Source of the DNA: Felis catus
Lineage: Eukaryota
DNA: 64,000 nt
Direction of reading: 5' to 3'
Assembly: GCF_018350175.1 (NCBI RefSeq)
Contig: NC_058383.1
Coordinates: forward strand, 19,160,001-19,224,000
Made by a program: the position numbers and the translations under genes. Each line of letters starts with the position of its first letter. The first letter of the stretch is position 1. A model generated the notes under the pieces. That model did not search any database. It was not told the DNA's origin and worked only from the letters and a program-made list of their open reading frames with translations. Shown in pieces: positions 1-12,443 of this stretch.

Positions 1-47
1 ACCCACGATGATTCCTTCAAATGAGGTTAGACATACAGCTACAAATC

Positions 48-176
48 AGGTTCACCACGTTCAGTTGTGCAGGTTACTCACCGCGCGAGTCTAGGAGTCA
101 CGGTTCGTACCGGAGTCTACGCGAATGGCGTGGGGTTGGGCAGTACACATCCCGTACGGTTGTACGTAGGGGCCAG
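48..176. mobile_element. MER91-like hAT-Tip100 MITE remnant
   Basis: Left end ggttcaccacgttcagttgtgcaggtt and right end gcagtacacatcccgtacggttgtacgtaggggcc form a degenerate inverted-repeat pair resembling MER91 termini. Confidence 0.45.
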
Positions 177-480
177 GGATACATAGGCCAGGTTAAAGGA
201 AAACATTGAACATACAATTTATACCTACACCTCAACACGGAACCACTCTGCCTAGTATGAGCTGGGGATTTGTGACTCTGTTTTGTCGGGTTTCCTTGTT
301 TTCATCGATATTACTTCATTGGTATAATTTAGGCACAGTAATTCTTAATAAGTTTTCTAACAACGGGTGCAGCATTTTCATTTTTCCCTGCCTTCCAATT
401 TGGGCTGTGTACTCCCCCCCCCCAAAAAAAAAATTATTAGTCACTATTTCTTTTTACACTGATTCATTTAGAAAGCCTAC

Positions 481-722
481 TTTTTATTTATTTATTTATT
501 TTAATTTTTATTTATTTATTTTTTTTATTTTTTTTTTGGGACAGAGAGAGACAGAGCATGAACGGGGGAGGGGCAGAGAGAGAGGGAGACACAGAATCGG
601 AAACAGGCTCCAGGCTCCGAGCCATCAGCCCAGAGCCCGACGCGGGGCTCGAACTCACGGATCGCAAGATCGTGACCTGGCTGAAGTCGGACGCTCAACC
701 GACTGCGCCACCCAGGCGCCCC
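481..722 (-). mobile_element. Young felid Can-SINE (SINEC_Fc-type)
   Basis: Reverse complement of the GGGGCGCCTGGGTGGCGCAGTCGG head, (CT)n and A-rich tail, with CpGs intact. TSD gaaagcct(a/c)cttttt at 471-485 and 723-737. Confidence 0.95.
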
Positions 723-1081
723 GAAAGCCTCCTTTTTAAAGCTTCGTCCCGAGTAATGGTATCTGTCAACTCACAGTTTAGTGTGAGTGTTTATTCTTTC
801 CAAGATGCTTCAGAGAAAATAATAATAATACCCCCCTCGCCCATTTTTTTCCGTTTTGCCAACATGCCAGACCCAGCGGCGCCCCCAGCGGCTTGATGTG
901 GTGTGGGTTGCTGGTACACCGAGTCATGGGTGGGGAAACTGAGGCCCAGAGAGATTAAGTCATCTTACCCAAGACCATATGGGTCGGCAGGGCGGGGTGG
1001 GAACCCGGGCCCGCGGGCCGCAGTCCTTGAGTGGCACCGTTCCACTTACTGTCTCAAGATGAGGTATTAAAATAGAAAAGA

Positions 1082-1300
1082 GGGACCCCTGGGCATCTCA
1101 GCTGGTTGAGAGTCCAACTCTTGATTTCGGCTCGCGTCATGAGCTCACGGTTTGTGAGTTCGCGCCCCACGCCTGGCTGTGCGCTGACCGCGTAGACCCT
1201 GCCTGGGATTCTCTCTCTCCCCCCTCTCTGCCCCTCCCCTGCTTGTGCTCTCCCCCTCCCCCCCCCACAATAAATAAATAAACATTAACAAATAAAATAT
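1082..1300 (+). mobile_element. Older Can-SINE
   Basis: Diverged tRNA-like head, CT-rich segment and aataaa tail. Confidence 0.85.
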
Positions 1301-1569
1301 AAAAGGATCTGCAAACGAGTCGGGACTGGGAAGGACTGAGGTCTTAATGAAAGAGAAGGACAAGTTACGTGTTGGCCAGACGGGGGCCGGGGAGGAAGAA
1401 AGAGCCATCACACCGCGTGGGAACGTCACTCGTGATCCCCCAGGGCGCTCGCACCGCATGCACCTTCCTCTGCGTCCTTGGTGTAGCACCTCCTGTTCCA
1501 AGAAGGGAGCCCAAGCCTCAACGCACACACCGTCCAGGTCGGAAGGGCCCAGGGAGTTGATCTCACCTG

Positions 1570-1890
1570 CTCCATTTTGCAGATGAGGAAACTGAGGCCC
1601 CAAGGGAAAAGCTCTCCGTGGCTGCCATGGACTGAGTATAGTGAGTGTACCAACTGAGTACTCTTGAGAAATGGGGCCAGCCCTGGCGACGCAGTGAGCA
1701 CGTATTGAGCGCCTGCTGCATACCGGTCCCTTCCAGGCATGTCGTACGGTTTGATCCTCTCATCGGCTTGCAAAGTAGGTATTTTTACTATCACCACCCC
1801 CCATTTCGGGACAGAAAGCTGAGGCTCCGACAGGTTAAGAAACTCGCTTCCGGTCCCGGTGCTGGCAGAGCTGGGATTTAAACACAGAGC
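1570..1890. mobile_element. MIR fragments
   Basis: ccattttgcagatgaggaaactgaggccc and acagaaagctgaggctccgacaggttaag MIR core motifs. Confidence 0.7.
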
Positions 1891-3279
1891 TCCCGAGGGC
1901 AGTGCTCATGCAGAGCGTGGGCCCTGGATTCAAATCCTGACTCTCCCTCACTGGCTGGGGGCCTCGGGCATGCCACTCAGCCTCTTGGTGGCTCACTTTC
2001 TTCATCCCCAAAATGGGGATAATAGCGTCTCCTTTGTGGGATTCTTCTGAGAATCAAATGGAATCATCTGTGCCAGGGGTTGGTTGGCTTGGGGTCTGGC
2101 CCGGTCAGCGCAGCTTGAATGTTCTGTGGTATTTCCCCCCAGCTCCCCAGCTCAGCTCAGTCAGCAAGAAAGCTAACTCGGAAAGTAACTCAATTTGCAT
2201 GTATTTCTACTCGACTAAGCTTTCTCGAAAAAAATCCCAGGATCCCATGACTGCTCCACACTTCCCCACCCCTTGTTTCGTTTAATTCTTTCGACAGCTC
2301 TCTGGAGTAGGTGCCGTGATTTCTGGTTTTACACCCAAGGAAACAGACTCAGAGAAGTTGAGCTACTTGCCCCGGGTCACACAGCAAAGCGATGCATCCC
2401 TCAGTCCCGTGCTGCTGCTGCCACGCCTCACAGGTCTTTCTGCTCTGCCTGGGGCCTCCCGGCACCTCTTCTGCCTCTGAGGCCCAGAAAAGTCTTTGGT
2501 TGGCTTTGCTGTGTGTTCTGAGCCGGCCAGGCGGCCCCACCGGCTCACAGCTGTCGGGGACTGTGTGGAGCGGAGGGAGGGAGCAGCCGAGGGGCCCCAC
2601 GGCTGCGCCTGTTCCCGGCACCCTCTGCTCCTCACACATCCCATCTGCTGGCTTCTCCAGCCTCATCATTTGCAGCCATCTGCCGGGCTCCCTGGAGGCC
2701 CCGCAAAGGCCTGGGATGCAACGCAGAAACCCCCGAATGTGCTGCCTTTTGCCTGCCTGGGGAGCAGAGGGGTTCAAGCCCCCTGAAACCCTCCCCACGC
2801 CTCGAAGCCACTAGGAACTACAAACCCAAGAGAGAAGCTGTCTCAAAAGGAAGGTTCTAGAAGGCTGAAGCCTCTGCCCCGATTAGCTGCCCGGGAACTG
2901 ACTCCCACAGCCCTGGTGTGGATTCCCGGGGCCAGCCCGACTCTTACAGGCTTTGTTTCCTTTAGGCTTTTGCCTGAAATCTCATGTTGCGTTTAAAAAG
3001 CCTGGCGTCTCTTGGCTGGGATGCCCTGGCCCCTGCTTGTCCACAGTCTCTCCGGCCTCTTGGGCTTCGGATTTTCAGCACGCCTTTTGCCAGAGGCTGA
3101 TGGAGGCGTGACGTGGGGGGCGGTGATGGGGTGCCTCTGCAGACGGGAGGACGCACAGGTGGCTTCTCCAAAGCCGGTGTCCGGTTGGTCTCGGCACTCG
3201 TGCCCCTTTGCCTGGCCCGTCTCTGGTGGCGAGGACACAGGCTGTCGATTGGATTCATTAACTTTTAATTTTTTTTTTT

Positions 3280-3680
3280 TTTCCGTAACAGCTTTGTTGA
3301 GATATGAGTACTTACCATGCAATTCGCCCACTTAAACGCGTACAGCTCAGTGGTTTTCAGTACATTCAGGAACGTGCAACCATTGCCACAGTCAATTTTA
3401 GAATATTTCCATCACCCTGAGGACAAACCTTGTTTCTTTAAGCCTTCCCCCCGCTCAGTCCTCCAGACCCCACAGACCTAGACAACCCGTGGGCTGCTTT
3501 CTGTAGATTTGCCAATTCTGGACACATATGAATGGAATCGTGTCACGTGAGGACTTTTGTGTCTGGCTTTTCTCACGTAATACGTTTTCAAGGCCGTACA
3601 CATCGTAGCAGGTGTCGGTCCTTCCTTTCTCTTTGTTGCCAAATAATATTTCATTGTATGGGCATACTATCTTTTATCTT
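3280..3680 (-). mobile_element. Old L1 (L1M) 3' fragment
   Basis: acagctttgttgagata...tgcaaccattgccacagtcaattttagaatatttccatcacc...ctggacacatatgaatggaatc, typical of an antisense L1MB/L1ME 3' UTR. Confidence 0.75.
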
Positions 3681-3709
3681 TTATTTATTTCTTGAGACTT
3701 AAAAAAATG

Positions 3710-3737
3710 TTTTAAATGTTTATTTGTTTATTTTTGG

Positions 3738-3768
<31 letters not shown>

Positions 3769-3929
3769 CACAGGGGTGAAGAAGAAAGAAAGGAGAGAGA
3801 GAATCCCAAGCAGGTTCCACGCTGAACGTGGGGCCTGAGAAGCGGGGCTCGATCTCATGACCGTGAGATCGTGACCCGAGCCAAAGTCAAGAGCTGGACG
3901 CTTGACTGACTGAGCCACCCAGGCGCCCC
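3710..3929 (-). mobile_element. Can-SINE
   Basis: T-rich tail, (GA)n, ends gagccacccaggcgcccc. Confidence 0.9.
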
Positions 3930-4154
3930 TCTTTATTGGAACTTTTTAAAATTGAGAAAGATAGCACAGTTCAGAAACATACCTAAAATACAAACACGTA
4001 GCTTAGTAATCTATTGTCCAGCAAAAACTTTTTATTCCCACTGAGGTCAAGACAGAGATTGTCGCTGGCGCCCTGCCCCCTGGCAATGTGTTTCTTCACA
4101 AGTGGGGTCAACTCCTGACCCCAGAGGAGAGTAATCACTGCCTGGCTTAAGGGT

Positions 4155-4302
4155 ACCGCAGGGGGCAGCAAAGCATGGCTCGCCACCTGTTTGTGTAAAT
4201 AAAGTTTTATTGAAACGCAGCCACACCCATTGTCTTATGTGGGTAGAGCTTTTGTGCTATAATGGCAGAATTAAGTGGTTGAGAGAGAGACCACATGGCC
4301 TC
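4155..4302. mobile_element. MER58-like hAT-Charlie fragment, followed by an MLT1-like fragment to ~4500
   Basis: tgtaaataaagttttattgaaacgcagccacacccatt...gagaccacatggcct. Confidence 0.65.
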
Positions 4303-4590
4303 TGGTTCACTGTGCCCTCATGTGGTGGAAGGGGTTAGGGAGCTTTCTGGGGGATTATAAGGCATTAACTCCATTCACAAGGGCTCCACCCTCATGACCT
4401 AATCTCCTCCCAAAGGCCCCGCCTCTAGGTACCATCACGCCGGGAGGTAGGAAGCCAACATATCATTTCCGGGGGACACGAACCTTTGGTTTATAGCAAT
4501 CATATAGCGACCTGTGTTTTGTGCATTTTCATTGCTATGTAATGTTCCACGTTATGACTAAACCTTCTTCTGTTTGTTCATTCTCCTCTT

Positions 4591-4828
4591 TTTTTTTTTT
4601 TTACTTCTTTCCTTTTTTATTTTTTGTAGTATTTATTTATTTTTGAGAGAGAGACAGGGTGCAAGCAGGGGAGGGGCAGAGAGAGAGAGGGAGACCCAGA
4701 ACCCGAAGCAGGCTCCAGGCTCGGAGCTGTCGGCACAGAGCCCGATACGGGGCTCGAACCCATGAACTGTGAGATCATGACCTGAGCCCAAGTCAGGTGC
4801 TTAACCGACTGAGCCACCCACACGCCCC
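4591..4828 (-). mobile_element. Felid Can-SINE
   Basis: Full body. TSD tgttcattct(c/a)ctctt at 4575-4590 and 4829-4844. Confidence 0.93.
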
Positions 4829-5789
4829 TGTTCATTCTACTCTTAATGGATTCTCTTAGTGGGCTCTTTTCTGTTTTTATTATGAATAACGCTGCTGGCT
4901 CGTCACATGTGATCCTGAGACCAGGGGCTTGTTAGACATGGAAGCTCTCAGGCCCCATCCAGAACTCCTGAGCGAGAAACTCTGGGTCTGGGGCCAGCAG
5001 TCTCTGTCTGACAAGCCCTCTGATGAACCACTCCTGTTTGAGAATCACCGCTCTGGTGTTTACCTCGACGAGGGCTTGCTTGGTCAACTTTGCGTATCCG
5101 CAGTTTTACAAGGCAAGGCCTTCCCAATGTCCAAAGTGGGTTGGGTGTACCAGTTTCCATGCCCACTAATGGGGTATGAGAATTTCCACTGCTCTCTCCT
5201 TTGACAATATTTAGCTTTATCAGATATTAAACATTTTCCAACCTGATGGATGAGAAATGGTATCTCACTGTGGTTTTCAATTTGCACTTCTGTGATTACT
5301 AACGGGGTTGAGTATCTTCTCATGTTTATGGCTATTTGGATTTTCTCTTGTGGTGCCTGCTCACGTCTCCCGCCTATGTTTCCATTAGATTGTCTTTTTC
5401 TTATTGATTTATATAAGTTTAAAAATTTTTTTACATGTTTTAATCTTTTGTGGCTTACAGGTATTTCAAACTCCTTTTCTCCTTTGGCGGCTTACCTTTT
5501 CACAGATGTCTTCTGAGGAACAGAAGTTCTGAATTTTTTTTTTTTATTGCGGTAGAATATACGTAGTGTGAAATTTACCATTTTAACCATTTTTAAGCGT
5601 GTAACTCAGTGGCATTAAGCACATTCATGTTGTTGTATGACCATCGCCACCGCCCATCTCTAGAGAGCTTTTACATCTTCCCCAACTGAAACTCTGTACC
5701 CGTTAACCACTAACCCCCCGATTCCCTCAACCCTCTGACCCCTGGCAGCCACCCTCCCACCTTCTGTCTTTAAGAACTTGGCTACTCTA

Positions 5790-5994
5790 GGGGTGCCTGG
5801 GTGGTGCAGTTGGCTCGGTGTCCAACTCTGGATTTTGGCTCTGGTCGTGGTCTCGAGGTTGTGAGATTTTGCCCTGCGTTGGGCTCTGTGCTGGGCATGG
5901 AGATTCTCTCTCCCTCTCCCTCTGCCCCTCCCTTGCGCTCTCCCCCTCACGCACACACACATACACACAAAACAACAACAACAACATCAACAAC
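5790..5994 (+). mobile_element. Can-SINE nested in L1
   Basis: Head ggggtgcctgggtgg, (CA)/(CAA)n tail. Degenerate TSD aagaacttggctac / aagaatttggctgc. Confidence 0.88.
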
Positions 5995-6770
5995 AAGAAT
6001 TTGGCTGCTTCAGGCACCTCATATAAGTGGGATCATGCGATATTTCTTGCTCTCTTGTGTCTGTCTGATTTCACTTTTCATGACGTCTTCGAGGTTCCTT
6101 CATACGGTAGCATGGGTCGGGAGCAAATGTTTTGCTGTGGACTGGCGTATATATCACCACTTGTTTACCCATTTGTTGATGGACATCTGGGTTGTTTCTG
6201 CCTTTTGGCTCTGGTGAATAATACTGGTGTGAACACTGGGGTAGGAATATCAATCCAAGCCCCTGCTCGGCTCTGTTGGATGGATACTCGACAGTGGAGT
6301 TGTTGGGTCAGACGATAACTGTGTGTTTGCTCGTAGAGCCGCCATTCTGTCCATAGCAATGGCACCATTTTACACTTACGGTGCACAAGGGCTCCAATTT
6401 CTCTGCATCTTCACCAGCGTTCGTCATTTTCTGTTTTGATAATAGCCATCCTAATGCGTGCGATAGGGTATCTCACTGTGGTTTTGATTTGCATGTCCCT
6501 GGTGACGGGTGATGCTGGGCGTCTGTTCCTGTGTTTTTGGCCATTCGGATATCTTTCTCTGGAGGAATGTCAAGTCCTTTGCCTGTTTTTGAGTTGTGTT
6601 GTTAGTTTTTCGGTTGTTGAGTTCTTGGAGTTCCTTATATTCTGGGTATCGTTCTTGATCAGATTTATAATATGCGAGTATTTTCTCCCATTTCGTGGGT
6701 TGCTTTTTTGCTCTGTTGATGGTGTGCAAAAGCTTTTAATTTTGAGGAAGTCCAATTTATTTGTTTTGTC

Positions 6771-6820
6771 TTTCCTCTCCTCTCCTCTCCTCTCCTCTCC
6801 TCTCCTCTCCTCTCTCTTTT

Positions 6821-6860
<40 letters not shown>

Positions 6861-7029
6861 GAAAGAGAGAAAGAGAGAGTGCACACAGGGAGTGGCAGAG
6901 GGAGAGGGAGAGAGAGAATCTTAAGCAGGCCTCACGCCCAGCGTGGAGATTGACAGAGGGCTATATCTCATGACTGTGAAGTGTGTGCTAAGAGTTGGAT
7001 GCTTAACTGACTGAGCCACCCAGGAACCC
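6771..7029 (-). mobile_element. Can-SINE nested in L1, tail expanded into (CTCTC)n and (CTTT)n
   Basis: Ends ctgagccacccaggaaccc. Flanked on both sides by tatttgtt. Confidence 0.85.
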
Positions 7030-7149
7030 TTATTTGTTGTTGTTGTTGTTGTCTGTGCTTTTGGTGTCGTATCCAAGAGGTCATTGCCAAATCCAATGTC
7101 ATGAAGTTTTCCCCTATGTTTTCTTCTAAGAGCATGAGCACACCCAGAA

Positions 7150-7531
7150 CTTATTCATCCATTCATCCACTTACCTATATACCTATCCACCTGTCTATCC
7201 ACTCATCCATCCCCCTATCCATCCATACATATATGCAACCATCTGTCTATCTACCCATCCATTCACCTATCAATCCTTACATATGTCCATCCATCCATTC
7301 ATCCATCCATCCATCCATCCATTCATCTATGTACCCATCCATCCATCCATCCTTCATCCATCCATCAATTCATCTATGACCTATCTCCCATCCAAGTACC
7401 AACCAGGCCCCACCCTGCTTAGCTTCTGAGATCAGACGAGATCAGGTGTGTTCAGGGTGATGGCTGTAGACCATCTATATACTTATCTATCCATTTACTT
7501 ATCCATTCGTCATCCATCCATCCATCCATCC
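7150..7531. repeat. Degenerate (CATC/CCAT)n simple repeat interrupted by the 5S retrocopy
   Basis: Runs of ccatccatccattcatcc on both sides of 7384-7471. Confidence 0.9.
7384..7471 (-). pseudogene. 5S rRNA pseudogene, 3'-truncated (about nt 1-90 of 5S)
   Basis: Reverse complement GTCTACAGCCATCACCCTGAACACACCTGATCTCGTCTGATCTCAGAAGCTAAGCAGGGTGGGGCCTGGTTGGTACTTGGATGGGAGA matches mammalian 5S from its 5' end. It shows several CpG-type transitions and a 2-nt deletion. The last ~30 nt and any tail are absent. Confidence 0.95.
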
Positions 7532-9279
7532 AGTAAATACTTGTTGATCTTCTACCTTGTATCAGATACTGGGGATATATGCGTTGATCTGTGCAGATTC
7601 TACTCGGTCCTTGTTGACCTCAAAATTTCAGTAGCTCTGCTAATTCTGTAGCTGCACACGCACCAGTTCTGCCCTCATGAACAACACTCCAGTGCTGTTC
7701 TATATCCATTCGTCTGGAGACCTTTTGCATTCATTCGCCCCTGCGCGGTGCTGGGCGTACGATACCTCAAGTCTTGTTACTGTCCTTGTCTCTCCGTGGA
7801 AGGTCAAGTGGTTCTTCTTTCTGCTTTAAGGTTTCCTAAAGCCTGCTACTCTCTCCCTCATGGGGTGGCTTGTGCGCGCGTATGTGTGTTGGGGGAGGGG
7901 CCCGCTTCAGTGATCCACTCCAGCATCTTTGTTCTCTTCACTCCCCTTCGCATAGTAACCCTAGCTCCCATAACAAAGACACCCCCCAAATCTCAGGGGC
8001 TTCCCACGATTAAAGTGGATTTTCTGCTCACATGGATTCCAATGTGGGTGTTCTGGTGGCAGGCGCCCTTCCAAATGTTCACCCAGAGATCCAGGCTCCT
8101 TCCTTTCCAGGACTTTGGAGTGTTCTCTGTTGAGCCAGTGGCTGGGCGAGAGGGTGAAGGATGATGGGGGAGGTCCCTAAGGGCCAGACTTAGAAGCGGC
8201 TCACTTCATCCCCACCCACATTCCTTTGGCCCAAACTCAGTCTTAAGGCTGCAGGCAACTACAATGGATGTAGGGAAATGTAGTTCAACCGTAGGATGTG
8301 GGGGAGAGGGGAGGTGGCCCAGACTTTCCTCCATCCTCCTAACTACATCATTTACAGTACAAACTGCGACGTGTGAACTTGAAAGCGCAGACTTGTGCAG
8401 CTCGGCAGCCTTGTCCTTACGGCCCGAGAGCCGGTCTTGCTTTTTCCCACAGCTCCCGGCTTCCCCTGCAGCAGTGAATACAGGTGGCCAAGGACAGGGG
8501 CTTCAGGAGGGCCGTGGGAAACCTCAGCGAAGGTCTCAACATGTTCTCCTGCCCCAGTTCACTCAAGAATCTGGCTGACTGGCTGCCGCCTTTTAGTTTG
8601 CAGATTCTAGTTTCTTCCTCTTTTTGAAATTGGAATGTCATCCTTGCTTTCAGGGACTTGATTCCTCCCTGGTCCCCCAGGCTTCCCCACTGCACGTCCA
8701 CAAAGGGCCCGCGGATCCCCCACGGAGGGTCCTAGCAGGGTTCCGGCTTGCAGATGCTTCCTTGCCAGAGAAGTCAGGAACAAAGCAGAATCGGGAGAGT
8801 TCTGCTCGCTTGCTGTCGGGATTTGACATCCGTACCTTGGGCTCCGAGCTGCCCATTCCTCCCTGCCTTGTTATTCTTGTACCGAACAGGACCGCGGAGC
8901 CCTCTGTGGCTCTGGCCAGCGGTTGTTGTGGAGGGCTCTGGCCCAGCCCGACAAGATCTCCCTTCCCCACTGGGGCACCTGCGCCCATCCCTGCCAAGGC
9001 TCTCTGGAAGCCTTTGGGAGGCAGAGCGTTCTGGGAAGTCAATGGGCGTCCTGCGTGGCCCTCCGCCCCCTCGGGAGACCATCTCCCTTGTCAACCATTT
9101 AGGCAATCATTTACATCTAGATCATTCTCCTAGTGGGACATACCAGGGCAGTGACGCAGAGAACACTTCCTAAATCCTTGGCACAACCTTTGGATTGGGG
9201 ACTGGTGGGGGTTTTTCGAGAAGAAGAAAGATTGGCTACAAGGACTGAAAGCCTGCTCAAACTAGCGGATCTAGCAAGG

Positions 9280-9497
9280 TTTTTTTTTTTTTTTAACGTT
9301 TATTCATTTTTCAGACAGAGAGAGACAGAGCATGAATGGGGGAAGGTCAGAGAGAGAGGGAGACACAGAATCCGAAACAGGCTCCAGGCTCTGAGCTGTC
9401 AGCACAGAGCCCGACGTGGGGCTCGAACTCACGGACTGTGAGATCGGGACCTGAGCCGAAGTCAGATGCCCAACCGACTGAGCCACCCGGGCACCCC
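9280..9497 (-). mobile_element. Felid Can-SINE
   Basis: Full body, TSD tagcaagg. Confidence 0.93.
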
Positions 9498-10417
9498 TAG
9501 CAAGGGGTTTGAGAGGACCACCCCGCAGCGTCCAGAGAGGAAGTATTAGAAGACCAGAACTTTGGGGCGTGAGAAGGGGGCTGGCCAGGGTCTGACTCTA
9601 TCCCTCAGCATAGCTGCTTCTCACTTTTCTTGTGGCGACCCCTACCCGATGTCCACGGCCCGTGGTTGTCTCCCAACCTTCCAGCACTTAATTAAGTCTC
9701 TGGGCCCCACTTCAAAAACCCAAGGAGAGAGAATCTGATTGGTCCAGTTTCCGGGCTGGAAACAGCTCACATCCCATGGGCTCAGGCAGGGGGCGGGTCA
9801 CACAGGACAGTGGTCAGTTTCATCAGGAAGCTGTGCCCGGAGGGGGGCAGTGATTGGCAGGGCTCCTGTGGCTGGGGGATGGGGTGTGATCCGATCTGAG
9901 CTCTGAAAGCTGATTCTCAGCTGTCCCCAGACAGAGGGGGAAGCAGTGGTCACCGAAACTCAGGGAGCTCATGGAGGACCTGACGGGCATGCCCTCTGCA
10001 TACCTGTGTCTGCAGGGTGGCTGGGAGCCCGACGCCGCGTGAGTGCGCAGTGGAGAGTTTGACAATGTCCATGTTTCACAGCCTCCAGGGGGAAGGAGCC
10101 TGAAGTCAGAACCTGTTTTATAGAAGCAATTTGGCACCAGGAATAAAAACCCAAGCAGAGCCCGGGTGCTGACTCTGAACCCTTCCTTCCCCCATCACGG
10201 GGTGAGGAGCCGGGGAAGTGGGGCTTTTCCCATCAGCCACCCTGGCTGCCCCTTCCTGGCCGGGGAGGGGGGGGGTCGAGATTGGGAGTGGGGTCTCTTC
10301 CTGAGCCCCATTTCCATTAACCCTTTGCATGATGGGCTCCTTCTCAGCCCCAGGCCCCATCTCAGTGCCATCCCTGGAGAAGCCTTCCCTTAACGGCACT
10401 AACACAGACCCCTCCTA

Positions 10418-10656
10418 GGGGCGCCTGGGGGGCTCAGTCGGTTAAACGTCGGACTCTTGGTTTCAGCCCAGGTCGTGATCTCGCAGTTCACACGTTCGAG
10501 CCTCGCATCGGGGCTCTGCGCTAACAGCGTGGAGCCTGCTGGGGATGCTCTCTTTCGCTGTCTCTCTGCCCCTCCCCTGCTGTCACTCTCTCTCTCAAAA
10601 AAGTAAACTTCCAAAAAAAAAAAAACAACCCCGATAAAATCTTAAAAAAAAAAAAA
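10418..10656 (+). mobile_element. Can-SINE
   Basis: ggggcgcctggg head, A-rich tail, degenerate TSD agac(c/t)cctc...tag. Confidence 0.9.
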
Positions 10657-11382
10657 GACTCCTCTCTAGCCGTCCTGTCTTACCGCTTCCACAGATCCCT
10701 GGGACAACCTTGTTGTATGTGTGCACTTTTTGTTTTTTTTTTTGTCTTGGGTTCACAAGACACTGGGGTTCCGGGAGGGCATGGTCTCACCTGCCTCATT
10801 CAGCGCTCCCCCAGTGGGTGCTCTGAGCATAGACCATCTCCTCTAATTCTCCCAACAGCCCGCTGAAGGAGGGGCTCTTCTTGCCCCCTTTACACACACG
10901 GGAAAACCGAGGCTCAGAGAAGCTGAGTATCTTACTCAGCACTCACCCAGCCACCAAGTGATGGAGTCGGGATTTGGCCCAGGGCTGACCGGACTGCACG
11001 CCGGGGTCCCGTGGTGGGGCCCCTGCTGTTCGCTCCGGGTTTGCTCCGCTTCGGGTTTCTTTGGAAATGAAATTCGTAGCTCACCTGTTGAGCCCTCCTT
11101 CCCTTCCCGCACCTCAGTGGCATCCCTCCCTGGAGGTTTATCCAGAATCCAGTGAGCAGGCGAAGGTGGGGGGCTCTCACTTGGCCGCGGTGAGCCTTCC
11201 CCTCGGCTGTCTCATTATTTCCCGCGGAGTTTTCATCAGTGTCTCTTTCGGATTAAAGTTGACAAATAAACTGGCTGAGACGGTGAGGAGGATTTAATTT
11301 AGTTCACTCCACGCCCTTTATTCTCTTGCACTCACGCCAGCGGAGGGAGCGGGGTGGGCCGGGTTCAAGATAGGGGCTCCAC

Positions 11383-11598
11383 GGGGCGCCTGGGTGGCGC
11401 AGTCGGTTAAGCGTCCGACTTCAGCCAGGTCACGATCTCGCGGTCCGTGAGTTCGAGCCCCGCGTCGGGCTCTGGGCTGATGGCTCAGAGCCTGGAGCCT
11501 GTTTCCCATTCTGTGTCTCCCTCTCTCTCCCTCCCCCGTTCATGCTCTGTCTCTCTCTGTCCCAAAAATAAATAAACGTTGAAAAAAAAATTTATAAA
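11383..11598 (+). mobile_element. Young felid Can-SINE
   Basis: CpG-intact body. TSD core aagataggggctcc at 11367-11380 and 11599-11612. Confidence 0.95.
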
Positions 11599-12224
11599 AA
11601 GATAGGGGCTCCTCGTCCAGCAGATCTGGCATTGAGTGCGGGGACCTCGGACCTGTTTCTGAGCCGGTGAGATAAAGGTGACGAAGACCGCCCCCCCCCC
11701 ACCCCACCCCAGGCATTTGAGGTTTACGTGCTGACAGGATAATGGAAACTGCCTTCCAGAAGGGGGTTCTGGTTCCTGAGAATTCACAGAAGCTTTCAGA
11801 TTCTTTACCTTAAGTCATCGGTTTAGCAAGTATGTGTTGAGCACCAACCGGGGGCCTCCCAGGGACTCTTTCAGGTCTCTGTCCCCACGGACTTGTGTTT
11901 GGCGAGGCAGGAACTCAGGGGACAAGAGTGAGCTGGAACTCCTCTTAGTTCAAGTCGGAGGTCACCAGTTGTCCGCGCAGGTCTGCAGGCGCCCGACCGA
12001 TCTATTCATTTCTCTTTATGCCCCTCCCCTTCCCCTCTCTTCCCTACTAGCAATTCTGCTTAACGTAGTTATGCTTCTAGGTGTTCTTACAAAGGTGTCG
12101 CTTTTGTCTATCTTAAATCGATGTCACAATTATGTCCATTATTTTTAGCTCTTTCTGCGGTAAGGCTCTGTAACAAATCACGCCAAAACTCAGTGGCTTT
12201 CAAAACCAGGGACTGTCCTTTCTT

Positions 12225-12443
12225 CAAATGTTTATTTATTTATCTTGTATGTGTGAGAGAGAGCGCGCAAGCATGAGTAGGGGAGAGGAAGCGCGAAAGG
12301 GAGACAGAGAGAGAATCCCAAGCGGGCTCTGCACTGTGAGCACAGAGCCGGACGCGGGGCTCAATCCCACCAACCGTGAGATCGGGAGCTGAGCCAAAAC
12401 CAAGACCCGGACGCTCAACCGACTGAGCCACCCCAGGCGTCCC
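12225..12443 (-). mobile_element. Can-SINE
   Basis: Antisense body ending gagccaccccaggcgtccc. Confidence 0.88.

Larger units (their letters stand above)
5130..7130 (-). mobile_element. L1 (L1M-type) 3' UTR/ORF2 C-terminal fragments, interrupted by two SINEs
   Basis: Minus-strand ORFs give L1 ORF2-like peptides (KLDFLKIKSFCT, KKQPTKWEKILA, AKRQKQPRCPST). Antisense 3' UTR motifs are present. Confidence 0.88.

Noticed and set aside
206..896. Recurrent ORFs such as MAQSVKRPTSAQVMIS... and RETEHERGRGRERGRHRI... across the window
   Set aside because: These are translations of Can-SINE sequence, not a protein family.
7384..7471. Functional 5S rRNA gene
   Set aside because: Truncated, CpG-decayed, carries a deletion, has no T-run terminator and is not in an array.
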